Positions 1-8,947 of a stretch of 64,000 bases of DNA are shown in pieces (the first letter of the stretch is position 1; each line of letters begins with the position of its first letter). The translations under genes and the position numbers were made by a program. Below the pieces are notes generated by a model. That model saw only the letters and a list, made by a program, of their open reading frames with translations, had not been told where the DNA came from and ran no database searches. The stretch comes from Candidatus Hecatella orcuttiae. Lineage in GTDB: Archaea > Thermoproteota > Bathyarchaeia > Hecatellales > Hecatellaceae. The DNA is taken from assembly GCA_002011035.2 (NCBI GenBank), contig MTLY02000003.1, positions 320,001-384,000 of the forward strand. Direction: 5' to 3'.

Positions 1-1
1 A

Positions 2-283
2 AACTTCCAATGTCAGCTTCACCCCCTAGGGGCTAAACCCTCCCTATGCCGGATATACCCCTTCCTCCTAAGCCGGGTCATCTACGGCGACGAGCCCATC
101 CTAGAAGTAAGGCCCGCTCAAGATTGCCCGGGAATTGGTAGGGGGCCGAGGTTTGGGGAGGAAGCCGTAAAGACTGTGGCGGAAAGCGCGAAAAACTACC
201 TAGAGGGGCTGAGGGAAGTCGTCAAACTTTCCCGACGGGGACTGAAACCTGAGGAAATCCTAGAGAAACTGGAAGCCGCCTGA
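2..283 (+). CDS. YkgJ/CxxCxxCC-family cysteine-cluster protein, 5'-truncated by window edge
   Basis: Manual translation NFQCQLHPLGAKPSLCRIYPF...DCPGIGRG...LEAA*; the C..H...KP..CR.YPF and CPGIG motifs are typical; not in ORF track. Confidence 0.7.
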   Translation, partial: NFQCQLHPLGAKPSLCRIYPFLLSRVIYGDEPILEVRPAQDCPGIGRGPRFGEEAVKTVAESAKNYLEGLREVVKLSRRGLKPEEILEKLEAA

Positions 284-288
284 AAAAA

Positions 289-314
289 GTATGAAAAAGA
301 CATAAATTTCATAC
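289..314. promoter_or_regulatory. Palindrome GTATGAAA-N10-TTTCATAC, candidate RHH (NikR-like) operator
   Basis: Perfect 8-bp inverted arms with AT-rich spacer upstream of the UDG gene. Confidence 0.4.
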
Positions 315-404
315 CGGTTCTTCCGCCATGCTGGGAGACGGAGTCCGCAGCCTATCCGGGCTTCCCGCGCAGTTTGCTTCAAAAACGTTTTTGGGAAGAG
401 GAGG

Positions 405-956
405 ATGGATAAAAAAAGGGAGCTTCAAAAACTGAGCGAAGAAATAGCCTCCTGCAGAAAGTGCGACCTCTACCAAACGAGACGGAAAGCCGTGCCCGGG
501 GAGGGAAAGGAGGATGCTGAAATATTCTTTGTGGGCGAGAGCCCAGGGGAGGAGGAAGACAGGCTAGGCCGGCCTTTCGTGGGTAGAGCGGGGAGGTTCT
601 TAGATGAGCTTTTAAAGGCCTCAGGTTTGAGAAGGGAGGACGTGTTCATCACCTCGGTGTTGAAGAGTCATCCCTCAGGAAACAGGCCGCCTAAGAGAAG
701 CGAAGTGGAAGCCTGCCTGCCTTATCTGAAGAGGCAGCTGGAAATTGTAAACCCAAAACTCGTAGTCCTCCTCGGCAACGTGGCCCTTCGGTCTTTGCTG
801 GGGGCTGAGAAGGTTTCTCAAACCCACGGCTTCGTCGAGAAGAATGGCAGGATGTTTTTCGCCACCTACCACCCCTCCGCTGGGATGAGGTTCCCTAAGA
901 TCAGGCGGAGAATGCTGGAGGACTTCAAGAAGCTGAAGACCTTCATCCGAGGTTAG
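405..956 (+). CDS. udg: Family 4 uracil-DNA glycosylase
   Basis: CxxC-L N-terminus, GESPG motif A, GRPFVGRAG, YHPSA motif B; GAGGAGG SD. Confidence 0.93.
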   Translation: MDKKRELQKLSEEIASCRKCDLYQTRRKAVPGEGKEDAEIFFVGESPGEEEDRLGRPFVGRAGRFLDELLKASGLRREDVFITSVLKSHPSGNRPPKRSEVEACLPYLKRQLEIVNPKLVVLLGNVALRSLLGAEKVSQTHGFVEKNGRMFFATYHPSAGMRFPKIRRRMLEDFKKLKTFIRG

Positions 957-1135
957 GGAGAGGAAAGGAAGGGAATGAGCTTCAGCATCCAAACATAGAT
1001 CAAGATGATGAGCAGCACCGGGATCATCAGCATTAAATAGAAAACTAGGAGAGGAGACGGCCTCTCCTTAACCTCCAACGGTGGCTTCTTCTTTTTCCAA
1101 AACTTCTTTTTTCTCTTGAAGAGACGCCTTTTCAT
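953..1135 (-). CDS. Small basic single-TM membrane protein (start uncertain; ORF open to 1195)
   Basis: Lys/Arg-rich N-terminus followed by a hydrophobic stretch LLVFYLMLMIPVLLIILIYVWML. Confidence 0.5.
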   Translation of the reverse strand: MKRRLFKRKKKFWKKKKPPLEVKERPSPLLVFYLMLMIPVLLIILIYVWMLKLIPFLSSP

Positions 1136-1219
1136 GGGAGGAAGCCGTCCTGAAAAACCCTCTTGACGGAAAGATGATAAGCGTCTTTTTACCAATGTTT
1201 AAATATCCTAGGGACAAAT

Positions 1220-1295
1220 AAGGTTCTTGATGATGAGGTCGTCCCAGACTGATCGTCCCGAAGCGAAATGATGACCACGCGACGAACTGAATCTT
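1220..1295 (+). ncRNA. C/D-box guide sRNA
   Basis: C ATGATGA 1230-36, 12-nt guide, D' CTGA 1249-52, C' ATGATGA 1268-74, 12-nt guide, D CTGA 1287-90; terminal stem AAGGT/ATCTT; TTTAAATA at 1198-1205. Confidence 0.88.
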
Positions 1296-1365
1296 CACTA
1301 CCCTCCCGCTGAAACCTTTCTGAACCGCCCAAGAGCCGCCAGCCAGCTTCGGTCGTGAAATCCTT

Positions 1366-1614
1366 ATGAAAACGGAGAGCAATCCTCAGACTGTTTCGGA
1401 AGGTTTTCCGGGAAGAAAAACGTTGGAAACAGGGCTTAAGCCCCTCTGCAAATGTGCAAGCTGCGGCCAAATGCTCGGAAAGGCTACGAGGGACAACCCT
1501 TGCCCACGCTGCGGAAGCTCCTTTTTCACCGTAAAATATGAAAAGTCTCCCGGGATGGAAAAATCATGGGCAAACCCCTCCGATTTGGCGTGCACACCGC
1601 CCTCGAAGGTTTAG
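1366..1614 (+). CDS. Small zinc-ribbon protein
   Basis: CASC-x12-CPRCGS; overlaps the next gene by 49 bp. Confidence 0.45.
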   Translation: MKTESNPQTVSEGFPGRKTLETGLKPLCKCASCGQMLGKATRDNPCPRCGSSFFTVKYEKSPGMEKSWANPSDLACTPPSKV

Positions 1615-2534
1615 GTTTCGAAGACGTTCAAGCCCTCTGCTTGGAGGCGGAACGTCTGGGCTACGATTTCTTCACGGTAACGGACCATTTTTATCCCATG
1701 GGAGAAGCCTTCTACCCGAATTCCGGCTATCCCCTCGAATGCTGGAGCGCGTTGGCGGCTCTCGCGGCGGTGACGGCTAAGATAAGGATAGGCCCCCTTG
1801 TAACCTGCACCCTCTACAGAAACCCATTGGTATTGACTAAAGCAGCCACCACGGTGGACATCATCTCCCACGGGCGGCTGACCCTAGGCTTGGGGGCAGG
1901 CTGGTATGAGAAGGAGTTTAAAGCCTTCTTCGGGGTCTTTCCCCCTGCAGCCGAAAGGTTCCAACGCTTCGAGGAGGAAGTTCAGATAATAAAAAGCATG
2001 CTGGAGAACAGGGAAACCACGCATAGGGGGCGATACTACCGTCTTTTAAGGGTGGAAAATCTTCCCCCACCCGTTCAGAAGCCGCGGCCGCCCATCCTCA
2101 TCGGAGGCACAGGCGAAAAAAGACTGCTTAAAATAGCCGCTAAACATGCCGATGAAGTTCAATTATATTTTAACCTCCCAGAGGCGGAGGTTAAAAGAAA
2201 AGTAGAAGTATTAAAAGAACACTGCAAAAACGTAGGCAGAAATTTCGGGAACATAGCCCTCCACATGGGTCTCTACGTTTTCCACCCTAAGATGCAGCGG
2301 TATTTTGAAGATATGCTGAGGCATCTGGCTCAGGTTGAAAACAGGCCGCTTGAAAAAATCAGAGAAAACTACCTCCCCCCCGACGCTGACCCGGAAGAGT
2401 ATGTGGGCTTGATTCGAAAATATTCAAGCTTGGGAATCAACTGCTTCAACCTCGTGCCCATAGGGCCGCTTCCCGAACGGGGTTCTATGCTTAGGCGTTT
2501 TGCCGAAGAGGTGAAAGCCGTCTTCAAAGCCTAA
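1566..2534 (+). CDS. LLM-class (probably F420-dependent) oxidoreductase
   Basis: TDHF, LECWSAL, YRNP, SHGRLTLGLGAGW, PVQKPRPPILIGG motifs. Confidence 0.9.
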   Translation: MGKPLRFGVHTALEGLGFEDVQALCLEAERLGYDFFTVTDHFYPMGEAFYPNSGYPLECWSALAALAAVTAKIRIGPLVTCTLYRNPLVLTKAATTVDIISHGRLTLGLGAGWYEKEFKAFFGVFPPAAERFQRFEEEVQIIKSMLENRETTHRGRYYRLLRVENLPPPVQKPRPPILIGGTGEKRLLKIAAKHADEVQLYFNLPEAEVKRKVEVLKEHCKNVGRNFGNIALHMGLYVFHPKMQRYFEDMLRHLAQVENRPLEKIRENYLPPDADPEEYVGLIRKYSSLGINCFNLVPIGPLPERGSMLRRFAEEVKAVFKA

Positions 2535-2619
2535 GGAGTAGCTTGGATAACTTTATATGAGGAGGATTCCATATCCTTCCAACAATCTTTCACGAATAAC
2601 GTTGGTGATGGGAATGTCT

Positions 2620-2838
2620 ATGAAAGAAAAAGTGGAAAAAGCTGTTGAAAAGATAAGGCCTTTACTTCAAGCCGACGGTGGAGACATCGAGCTGATGGGC
2701 GTGGAGGGCAACGTGGTCAGGGTAAGGCTGACCGGAGCCTGTGCCGGATGCCCTATGTCTCAGATGACCCTCCAAATGGGCGTGGAGAAATCCCTCAAGG
2801 AGCAAGTTCCAGAAATAGAAAGAGTAGAAGCCGTGTAA
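2620..2838 (+). CDS. NifU/Nfu-type Fe-S scaffold domain protein
   Basis: IRPLLQADGGDIEL...GACAGCPMS; start estimated (ORF open from 2557). Confidence 0.92.
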   Translation: MKEKVEKAVEKIRPLLQADGGDIELMGVEGNVVRVRLTGACAGCPMSQMTLQMGVEKSLKEQVPEIERVEAV

Positions 2839-2888
2839 AGGGGTTTCTGTCTACCTTTTAGGCTTTCAACTCTCTCAATCAGCTTGGC

Positions 2889-3893
2889 TTAGACCTTTTT
2901 TCTGCCGTATTCTTCCGCAGCTTCAACCATGGCCTTCATGTTGGCGATGGGTGTGTAGGGGGAGAGGCCGCATCCCGGAGCCAAGATGTCGATGCCTTCT
3001 TCGATGATCCTCCTACTCTCCCTCTTGACGTCTTCAGGTTTCCCTTCGATCATCGTCTTGACAGGGTCCACGTTCCCTATGATGGTTGTTTTGCCCTCCA
3101 CCAGCGCCTTCGCCTCCTTGACGCTGACCTTCTGGTCGATGCTGAGGCCCTTCACGCCGCTTTCAGCCATCTGCCGGAGGATTGGCGTGGCGTTTCCGCA
3201 GACATGCAGGGCGGTGGGGCATTTGATGCTCTCCGCAGCCTTCTTCAGATAGGGCAAAGCATACTTGCCGAAGAACACCGGGCCGATGGTTGAAACTATG
3301 GGCTCTAGGAACGTCACCACATCCGCCCCCGCTTCAGCTAGGGCGTTGCCGAACTCAGCGGCCACCTGCCAAGTGATTTCAAGGATTCTCTCCACTTCTT
3401 CCGGCTTGGTTATGATAAGCCTCATTTGGAGGTCGAAACCCTGAACGGTCCCCGCCAGGTTGTAGGGGCCCACGATTCCGGCGATGACGGGAACATCGTC
3501 ACCTACTTTTTTTCTGAGAAGCTTCACCGCTTCCACGATGACGGCCATCTTGCCCTCGGTGGGCGAGGGCACCCGGAGGCTGCTGGGATCGCTCACAGGC
3601 TTGGTGACCGTGGGCGTGAAGTCCTTTTTTCCTTCATGGTAGTCGACGGTGCAGCCTAGGGTTTCTGCCTCCGCGTACATGCCGAAGGGAACCCGCACCG
3701 CTTCGAAGCCGGCTATTTCATGGGCGGCCAAAGCTAGGGTGGCCATGGTTTCAGCTTTCACATGGGCTTCAGGCCAGAAGGCACCGCAAGCTTCCATAAG
3801 CTCTAAGGTTCCCGTCTGGGTTACACTCAGCGCAGGAACTCTGTCAACCTCCCGGCCCAGCAAAGCGTTCATAAATCTTTCTTTAGGAGTCAT
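2889..3893 (-). CDS. MtaA/CmuA-family methylcobamide methyltransferase (UroD fold)
   Basis: MTPKERF start, HVCG and APGCG Zn-ligand motifs, GNVDPV. Confidence 0.88.
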   Translation of the reverse strand: MTPKERFMNALLGREVDRVPALSVTQTGTLELMEACGAFWPEAHVKAETMATLALAAHEIAGFEAVRVPFGMYAEAETLGCTVDYHEGKKDFTPTVTKPVSDPSSLRVPSPTEGKMAVIVEAVKLLRKKVGDDVPVIAGIVGPYNLAGTVQGFDLQMRLIITKPEEVERILEITWQVAAEFGNALAEAGADVVTFLEPIVSTIGPVFFGKYALPYLKKAAESIKCPTALHVCGNATPILRQMAESGVKGLSIDQKVSVKEAKALVEGKTTIIGNVDPVKTMIEGKPEDVKRESRRIIEEGIDILAPGCGLSPYTPIANMKAMVEAAEEYGRKKV

Positions 3894-3977
3894 ACCTTCA
3901 CCCGACTGGGCTTCCTCAGTCTGGTTACAATATTTTGTCAACAGTATTTAAAATTAGGCTAGATCGGCTTCGCGCCT

Positions 3978-4568
3978 TCATCGCTGATGTCCATGATGGG
4001 ATGCTTCTCCCGGTTCTAGGTGGAATTCTCTTTCCAGCCGCTCCAGAAGCTTTATGTACTGTTGATGTTTTCCTTCCCCCACCATCGTCTTCTCCACTTC
4101 CTCAAACTTCTCCAGCAACTCCACATGTTCTTTCTTCCCCAGAACCTGTTCGGCCAAAGGGTAGAGAACGTCGTCTTCCTTGGAGATATGCTGGGTGAGC
4201 AGGTCCACGTAGCCTCTGGCATTGGCCACGATGGCATGTTTAGCTTCCTCATCGCCGCCTCGATATCTTTCCACAGCCTGCGCCATCGCCTTCACGAATT
4301 CTCTCCCCCGCTCATGCTCCATCCTCATCGTCCCTGTAGGTCCGCCTTCCCTAGGAAGGCCGCGTCTCTCGAGGACGGGGAATAAGGTTTGCTCCTCTTT
4401 ACCGTGGTGGCAGCGGTCTGCAAAGGTTCTGATGAAGTCGATGACCTCCTCAAAGACAGCTGGGGAGACCTCCTCGCCTCCCTCAAGTTTCTGGGCGGCT
4501 GCGGTTAGGACTTTAAGCATCCGCTTGATCATCCTGTGCTCTTCTTTCAGAATATCAGTCGCAAACAT
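3978..4568 (-). CDS. Hemerythrin HHE-domain protein
   Basis: EEH, HHGKEE..LFP, MEH, HISKEDDVLYP; His-rich tail. Confidence 0.92.
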   Translation of the reverse strand: MFATDILKEEHRMIKRMLKVLTAAAQKLEGGEEVSPAVFEEVIDFIRTFADRCHHGKEEQTLFPVLERRGLPREGGPTGTMRMEHERGREFVKAMAQAVERYRGGDEEAKHAIVANARGYVDLLTQHISKEDDVLYPLAEQVLGKKEHVELLEKFEEVEKTMVGEGKHQQYIKLLERLEREFHLEPGEASHHGHQR

Positions 4569-4717
4569 GACTTACACTCTTGCCTTTGGTGTAGGGTTAA
4601 ACCAACAAAAGTTTTTCGGGAAATAAAAATGTAATATCCCACTAACAGGCATCTATAGCCTGTAACAGCCTAAGCTAAGCAGGTGGACAGCGGCAGCGTA
4701 CCCTCCAGGGGAACCCC

Positions 4718-5872
4718 ATGCGAATCCTCCTAGTGTCCCAGTATTATTTGCCCTACGTCAGCGGCATAACCACCTACATCGAACGCTTGGCAAGAGGCCT
4801 CTCCCAACGCGGCCACAGGTTGACTCTGGTCACGTCCCAGCACACTAAGGGGCTGCGGAGGCTTGAGACTGGAAACAGCCTCACCGTGCACAGGGTTCCA
4901 GTGCTGTTCAAGTTTCAGAGAGGAGCCTTTGCCCCTCGGCTCCTCTGGGAGGCTCTCAAACACATGCGGTCCAGCGACGCTGTCAACCTGCATGTTCCCC
5001 TCTTTGAAAGCGGCCTTCTGGGGGTGATGGCTAAACTCTGCGGTAAGAGGCTGTACCTCACCTACCACTCAGACCTAGCCCGAGGGAAAGGCCCCCTCTT
5101 CTGGGTGGTGGAGAAGCTCTACTACCTATCCCTCAAGCTGGCTTGCTTTCTCAGCGACGGCATCGTCGTGAACTCCCTAGGACATATGAAAACTTCGAAG
5201 GTCAAGAATTATGCGCGAAAGTGTGTTCAGATCACACCACCTGTGGACGTGGAGCGGTTCAGGAGAATAGCCGACACCGAGGATTTTCGGAAGAAAAACG
5301 GAATAGAACCCGGGGAAAAAATAATCGGAAACCTAGGAAGGTTCGCCCCTGAAAAAGGCCTAGAGTACCTGATAAAGGCTCTACCCCTAATCCTGCGGGA
5401 AATCCCCGAAGCGAAGGTCGTCCTAGCCGGCATCGGGGAGAAGATGGTCGGCGGGGAAAAAGAATCCGTGAAACCCCAGCTGGAGGCTCTCATCGAAAAC
5501 CTGGGAATGGCCGGCCGCGTGAAATTCTTAGGCTTTCTGGACCACGAATCCCTGCTAAAGTTTTACTCCACCTGCGATGTCTTCGTTTTCCCCAGCATCT
5601 CCGTGGACACCTTCGGCTTGGTGCAAGCGGAAGCCTTACTCTGCGGAACCCCGGTGGTGGCCACCGACCTGCCGGGGCCTAGGGACGCCGTGGCCTTGAC
5701 TGGAGGCGGCCTCCTTGCCAAGCCCGGAGACGAGGTTTCCCTAGCCCAAGCCGTCGTAGCCGTCCTCAAACACCCGGCTAAGTTTACTGTCTCCAGAAAC
5801 CGGCTTCTGGAATTCTTCGGTGTGGAAAAGACAGCGGCCGAATATGAGAAGCTCTTCCAAAAACTAGCCTAG
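4718..5872 (+). CDS. GT4 glycosyltransferase
   Basis: MRILLVSQYYLP, GRFAPEKG, FGLVQAEALLCGTPVV. Confidence 0.93.
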   Translation: MRILLVSQYYLPYVSGITTYIERLARGLSQRGHRLTLVTSQHTKGLRRLETGNSLTVHRVPVLFKFQRGAFAPRLLWEALKHMRSSDAVNLHVPLFESGLLGVMAKLCGKRLYLTYHSDLARGKGPLFWVVEKLYYLSLKLACFLSDGIVVNSLGHMKTSKVKNYARKCVQITPPVDVERFRRIADTEDFRKKNGIEPGEKIIGNLGRFAPEKGLEYLIKALPLILREIPEAKVVLAGIGEKMVGGEKESVKPQLEALIENLGMAGRVKFLGFLDHESLLKFYSTCDVFVFPSISVDTFGLVQAEALLCGTPVVATDLPGPRDAVALTGGGLLAKPGDEVSLAQAVVAVLKHPAKFTVSRNRLLEFFGVEKTAAEYEKLFQKLA

Positions 5873-6730
5873 GGGAAGGTAGAGAGACAGAATCGTGACT
5901 ATGAGCCATGCGAAAAGCCCGGCTGCCAGCAGTTTGTCTTTGAAGGCTTTCTCAGGCCTCCGCGCCATAGGATGGCCTTGGAGGGCGAAGTGGTTGAAGC
6001 GGAGGATCAGGAAGATCACGATGGGAAAGGTGGCTATCATCAAGAAGCTTCGGTCGAAGACGGTGGAGGTGTAGATTCCGTAAGCAACTATCAGCACCGA
6101 GGAAATGACCGTCAGATTACCCTTGAGTAGGTCGGGTGTGTAGTGGCTGAGAGCGGAATTCTGCGCACGAATTCCGTTCCCCAGCAGCAAGACTTCCCCC
6201 AGCCTCTTACAGATGGTTAAATACACAGCGAGAAGAAAAGCCGTCAGAATCAACCAAGGAGAAAGGACGGCTCCGATAAGGAAGGCTCCAGCCACAGCCC
6301 GCCAAACGTAGTTGGAAGATAACGTCATCAAATCCACGAAAGCCAGCCGTTTGAGAAAGAAAGAGTAAAGCTGAGAGGTCAGGAAGATCATCAAGGCGGA
6401 AACCCCGAACAGGACGTTCAGCCAAAAAGCCGGCAGCATGGCCAACGCCAAAACGGCACCCAAGACCATGGCTGCTGGTTTACCGACCTTGCCTGAGGGA
6501 AGCGGTCTCCTCCGTTTTTCCGGGTGTTGAAGGTCCCTAGAATAGTCGACGAGGTCGTTTATCACGTAGTTAGCGCTGGAGATAAGGCAGAGCAAGAGGA
6601 AGCCGGTCAGCAACGGCGGGTAAAACTGAATGTTCCCCAGCTGCCTAGCGAAGATTATGGCTACAAATATCAGGAGGTTTTTATACCACTGCCAAGGCCT
6701 CATCAGCTCCAAGAGGGATGCAAGCGACAT
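5864..6730 (-). CDS. UbiA-family polyprenyl-phosphate phosphoribosyltransferase-like (DPPR synthase type)
   Basis: MRPWQWYKN, NDLVD...DLQHPEKRRRPLPSG, KRLGE; start may be 6808. Confidence 0.85.
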   Translation of the reverse strand: MSLASLLELMRPWQWYKNLLIFVAIIFARQLGNIQFYPPLLTGFLLLCLISSANYVINDLVDYSRDLQHPEKRRRPLPSGKVGKPAAMVLGAVLALAMLPAFWLNVLFGVSALMIFLTSQLYSFFLKRLAFVDLMTLSSNYVWRAVAGAFLIGAVLSPWLILTAFLLAVYLTICKRLGEVLLLGNGIRAQNSALSHYTPDLLKGNLTVISSVLIVAYGIYTSTVFDRSFLMIATFPIVIFLILRFNHFALQGHPMARRPEKAFKDKLLAAGLFAWLIVTILSLYLPLG

Positions 6731-6809
6731 TGCGCAGGAACCCCTTCCAGTGGAAGGTCGCCGGGGAACAGCGAGCGGGAGATGTTCACAGTATTGTCCT
6801 TCACCCACA

Positions 6810-7874
6810 TTAATGCTTATTCCCAGCCGAGGCAGGGAGACGGCTGGATTTAAGCTTCAAAAACAGGGTTGAAGACAGGTGAAAGGTTTTAGTTAAAACG
6901 GTGTAGGCTCCGAAACCAGCCATCACTACCATGCTTTGAACGAGGAACGTGAAATACCTATCCATGAGAAGGCCGAAGCCCAGCAGGTCGTTTTTGGTAA
7001 GCAGGAAAGTAGCGGCAAACCAAGACAGAACCAGCAACCTAGGCCTAGCCTCCAAAGGGGAGGCCAGCGTGAAAAACAATCCCATGAAGAAGAAGGGAAC
7101 CACCACGTAGCCGGCTCTGAAAAACAGAGCCAAGTCCACCGGTGAACCTGGGGAAAGCCCCACCAGCCCCACAAACTGGAAAAGCCTCATGAGAAAGGGA
7201 ACCCCCACCAAGTGGATGAGCCACAGAGCAAACGCCCCTATAGACGTCAGCAGAGCCAAAAGCGCGGTTAAAAGCCCGCCTTTATCCCTGCGGACAGCTT
7301 GAGCTACCGAGTAGAAGAGTAGGGTCAACACAAGGACGGAGAAAGCCAGTTGATGGGTGAGGGCTGTGGCTATGGCGGCCGCCGCGGCCATAAGCCGGTA
7401 GTTCGCGTTGATGAGGTACAGCATCACCAAAACCAGCGGCAGGCTGAGAAGCTCAGGGAAAGCCCTCGCAGTATAGATGGTCAACTCAGGGGAAACCACG
7501 AAAAAGAAAGCTGCGCAGAGCCCAGCATAGGGGCTGTCGAACACTCTCCTCGCCAAAGCATAGGTAGCCGCCACCGTGAATGAGGCTGTGAGGACTGTTA
7601 CCAGAGCCGAAAGGGTCATGGGGTCTATCTGGGTGGCCACGCTGAGGGAAGCCACGTAAATCCGGTAGAGGGGAACGTAGAGCCCTCTGAAGCCGCCTCC
7701 GTAGGACAGTTCCTCAAGAGGGTAGACGCCTGAGTCCACCGTCGCCCTGATGATGCCCATGTGGTACATGGTGTTGCCGTACATGGGGATCACAGGCCCG
7801 CTGAAAACCCTCAGCCTATACCACGCAGCCGCAGCCGCCAAGGCTAAGAGGAGCAGAGGTCTGAGGGCTTTCAT
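6810..7874 (-). CDS. Multi-TM GT-C-like (ArnT/PMT-type) membrane protein
   Basis: About 10 TM helices; first loop with GNTMYH and YVPLY; LTH; DRYF near C-terminus. Confidence 0.6.
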   Translation of the reverse strand: MKALRPLLLLALAAAAAWYRLRVFSGPVIPMYGNTMYHMGIIRATVDSGVYPLEELSYGGGFRGLYVPLYRIYVASLSVATQIDPMTLSALVTVLTASFTVAATYALARRVFDSPYAGLCAAFFFVVSPELTIYTARAFPELLSLPLVLVMLYLINANYRLMAAAAAIATALTHQLAFSVLVLTLLFYSVAQAVRRDKGGLLTALLALLTSIGAFALWLIHLVGVPFLMRLFQFVGLVGLSPGSPVDLALFFRAGYVVVPFFFMGLFFTLASPLEARPRLLVLSWFAATFLLTKNDLLGFGLLMDRYFTFLVQSMVVMAGFGAYTVLTKTFHLSSTLFLKLKSSRLPASAGNKH

Positions 7875-8395
7875 GGGGCTACCGGCCTCACCCTGTATAT
7901 TCGAACCTCCGGATTCTCATACACGAGGACAAAATACTGGGAGTCGTCGAACTTCTCAACCTGAGGATAGATCCACCCCAAACCGGAGTGCACAGACCTT
8001 TTCAGAGGAACATAAACGTAGTCAGCCCCATGCTCCACCGCCAGCTCGTAGGCTTCGGCGGCGGAGTCTGTCCGGTAAATTCGATGCACAGCCAGCATCT
8101 TCTCCACGGGGTCCGGAGCGTTAGCCCAGTCTCCTCCAACCAAAGGTATCCGGGTGGTCATGCCCATGATGAGCTCCCCTCCGAAGATGCCGGCTACAAA
8201 CCTTGCATCCTCTTCAGTGTTCCCCCTGATCCACCGGGTTGCCTCCAGTTCGCCCTCGGTAACCACCGGGTCAAGCCAAGGGTCTGCTTCCTCTACCACT
8301 TGGCTTATTCCCACGTAGGAGAGAGCTGAGAAAAGGGCGACTACCGCGGCCAGTTTCAACATCAGCCCCGCAGTCATCCTCGACCCTTCACCCAT
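7871..8395 (-). CDS. Membrane-anchored protein resembling the extracytoplasmic C-terminal domain of STT3/AglB-like GT-C enzymes
   Basis: N-terminal TM; ELEATRWIRGNTEEDARFV, GADYVYV, LVYENPEVRIYRV; 4-bp overlap with the downstream gene. Confidence 0.65.
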   Translation of the reverse strand: MGEGSRMTAGLMLKLAAVVALFSALSYVGISQVVEEADPWLDPVVTEGELEATRWIRGNTEEDARFVAGIFGGELIMGMTTRIPLVGGDWANAPDPVEKMLAVHRIYRTDSAAEAYELAVEHGADYVYVPLKRSVHSGLGWIYPQVEKFDDSQYFVLVYENPEVRIYRVRPVAP

Positions 8396-8511
8396 GGCTC
8401 TTCACTGTGGGTTAAGCGAAAGTTTGTAGTCTAAAAATATTAAATATTTAATCTATAGCCTGAGAAACCTATTAGGCTTGAAGCCGACTTTGGCCGGTGG
8501 GGGGTTTTCTT

Positions 8512-8811
8512 ATGGCTTTGGAAATAGGCTTCGGGGAGGGAGCTGTCTTCCTCCTAGCATTTCTGTACATGCTCTTCCTTCCCGGCTACAACCTCCTCAG
8601 AAGCACCGGCAGACTGAAGAAGCTGGAGTTGGAGGAGAAAATCCTACTAAGCTTCAGCCTCAGCGTTGTCATGGTGGGGTTAACCGCCTTGATCCTCAGT
8701 CGGGTGGAGGCTTGGGGGCTGACTGTTCAAAATCTCCTGATAGCGGTAACAGCCGTGCTGGTAGCTACGACAAAAGAGTTCCTGAATTTTCTGAGAAAAC
8801 CTTTTTCTTAA
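8512..8811 (+). CDS. DUF1616-like small membrane protein
   Basis: LFLPGY...LELEEKILLSFSLS pattern; 3 TM. Confidence 0.65.
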   Translation: MALEIGFGEGAVFLLAFLYMLFLPGYNLLRSTGRLKKLELEEKILLSFSLSVVMVGLTALILSRVEAWGLTVQNLLIAVTAVLVATTKEFLNFLRKPFS

Positions 8812-8947
8812 ACACTCGCTTGCCGGCAGAGAAGCTGAAGACCTCAAATCTGACTTCCTTGGCCTCCTCAGGGACATGGCAGAGTGAAAACTTAAATGTG
8901 GGAGGCCTCAATAATTTATTCGATAAATATTCCAGCGTATCCTGGCT

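Noticed and set aside
2889-3893. MtaA-like gene plus cdhAB as evidence of methanogenesis
   Set aside because: No mcr, mtr or corrinoid partner genes in the window; both families occur in non-methanogenic archaea
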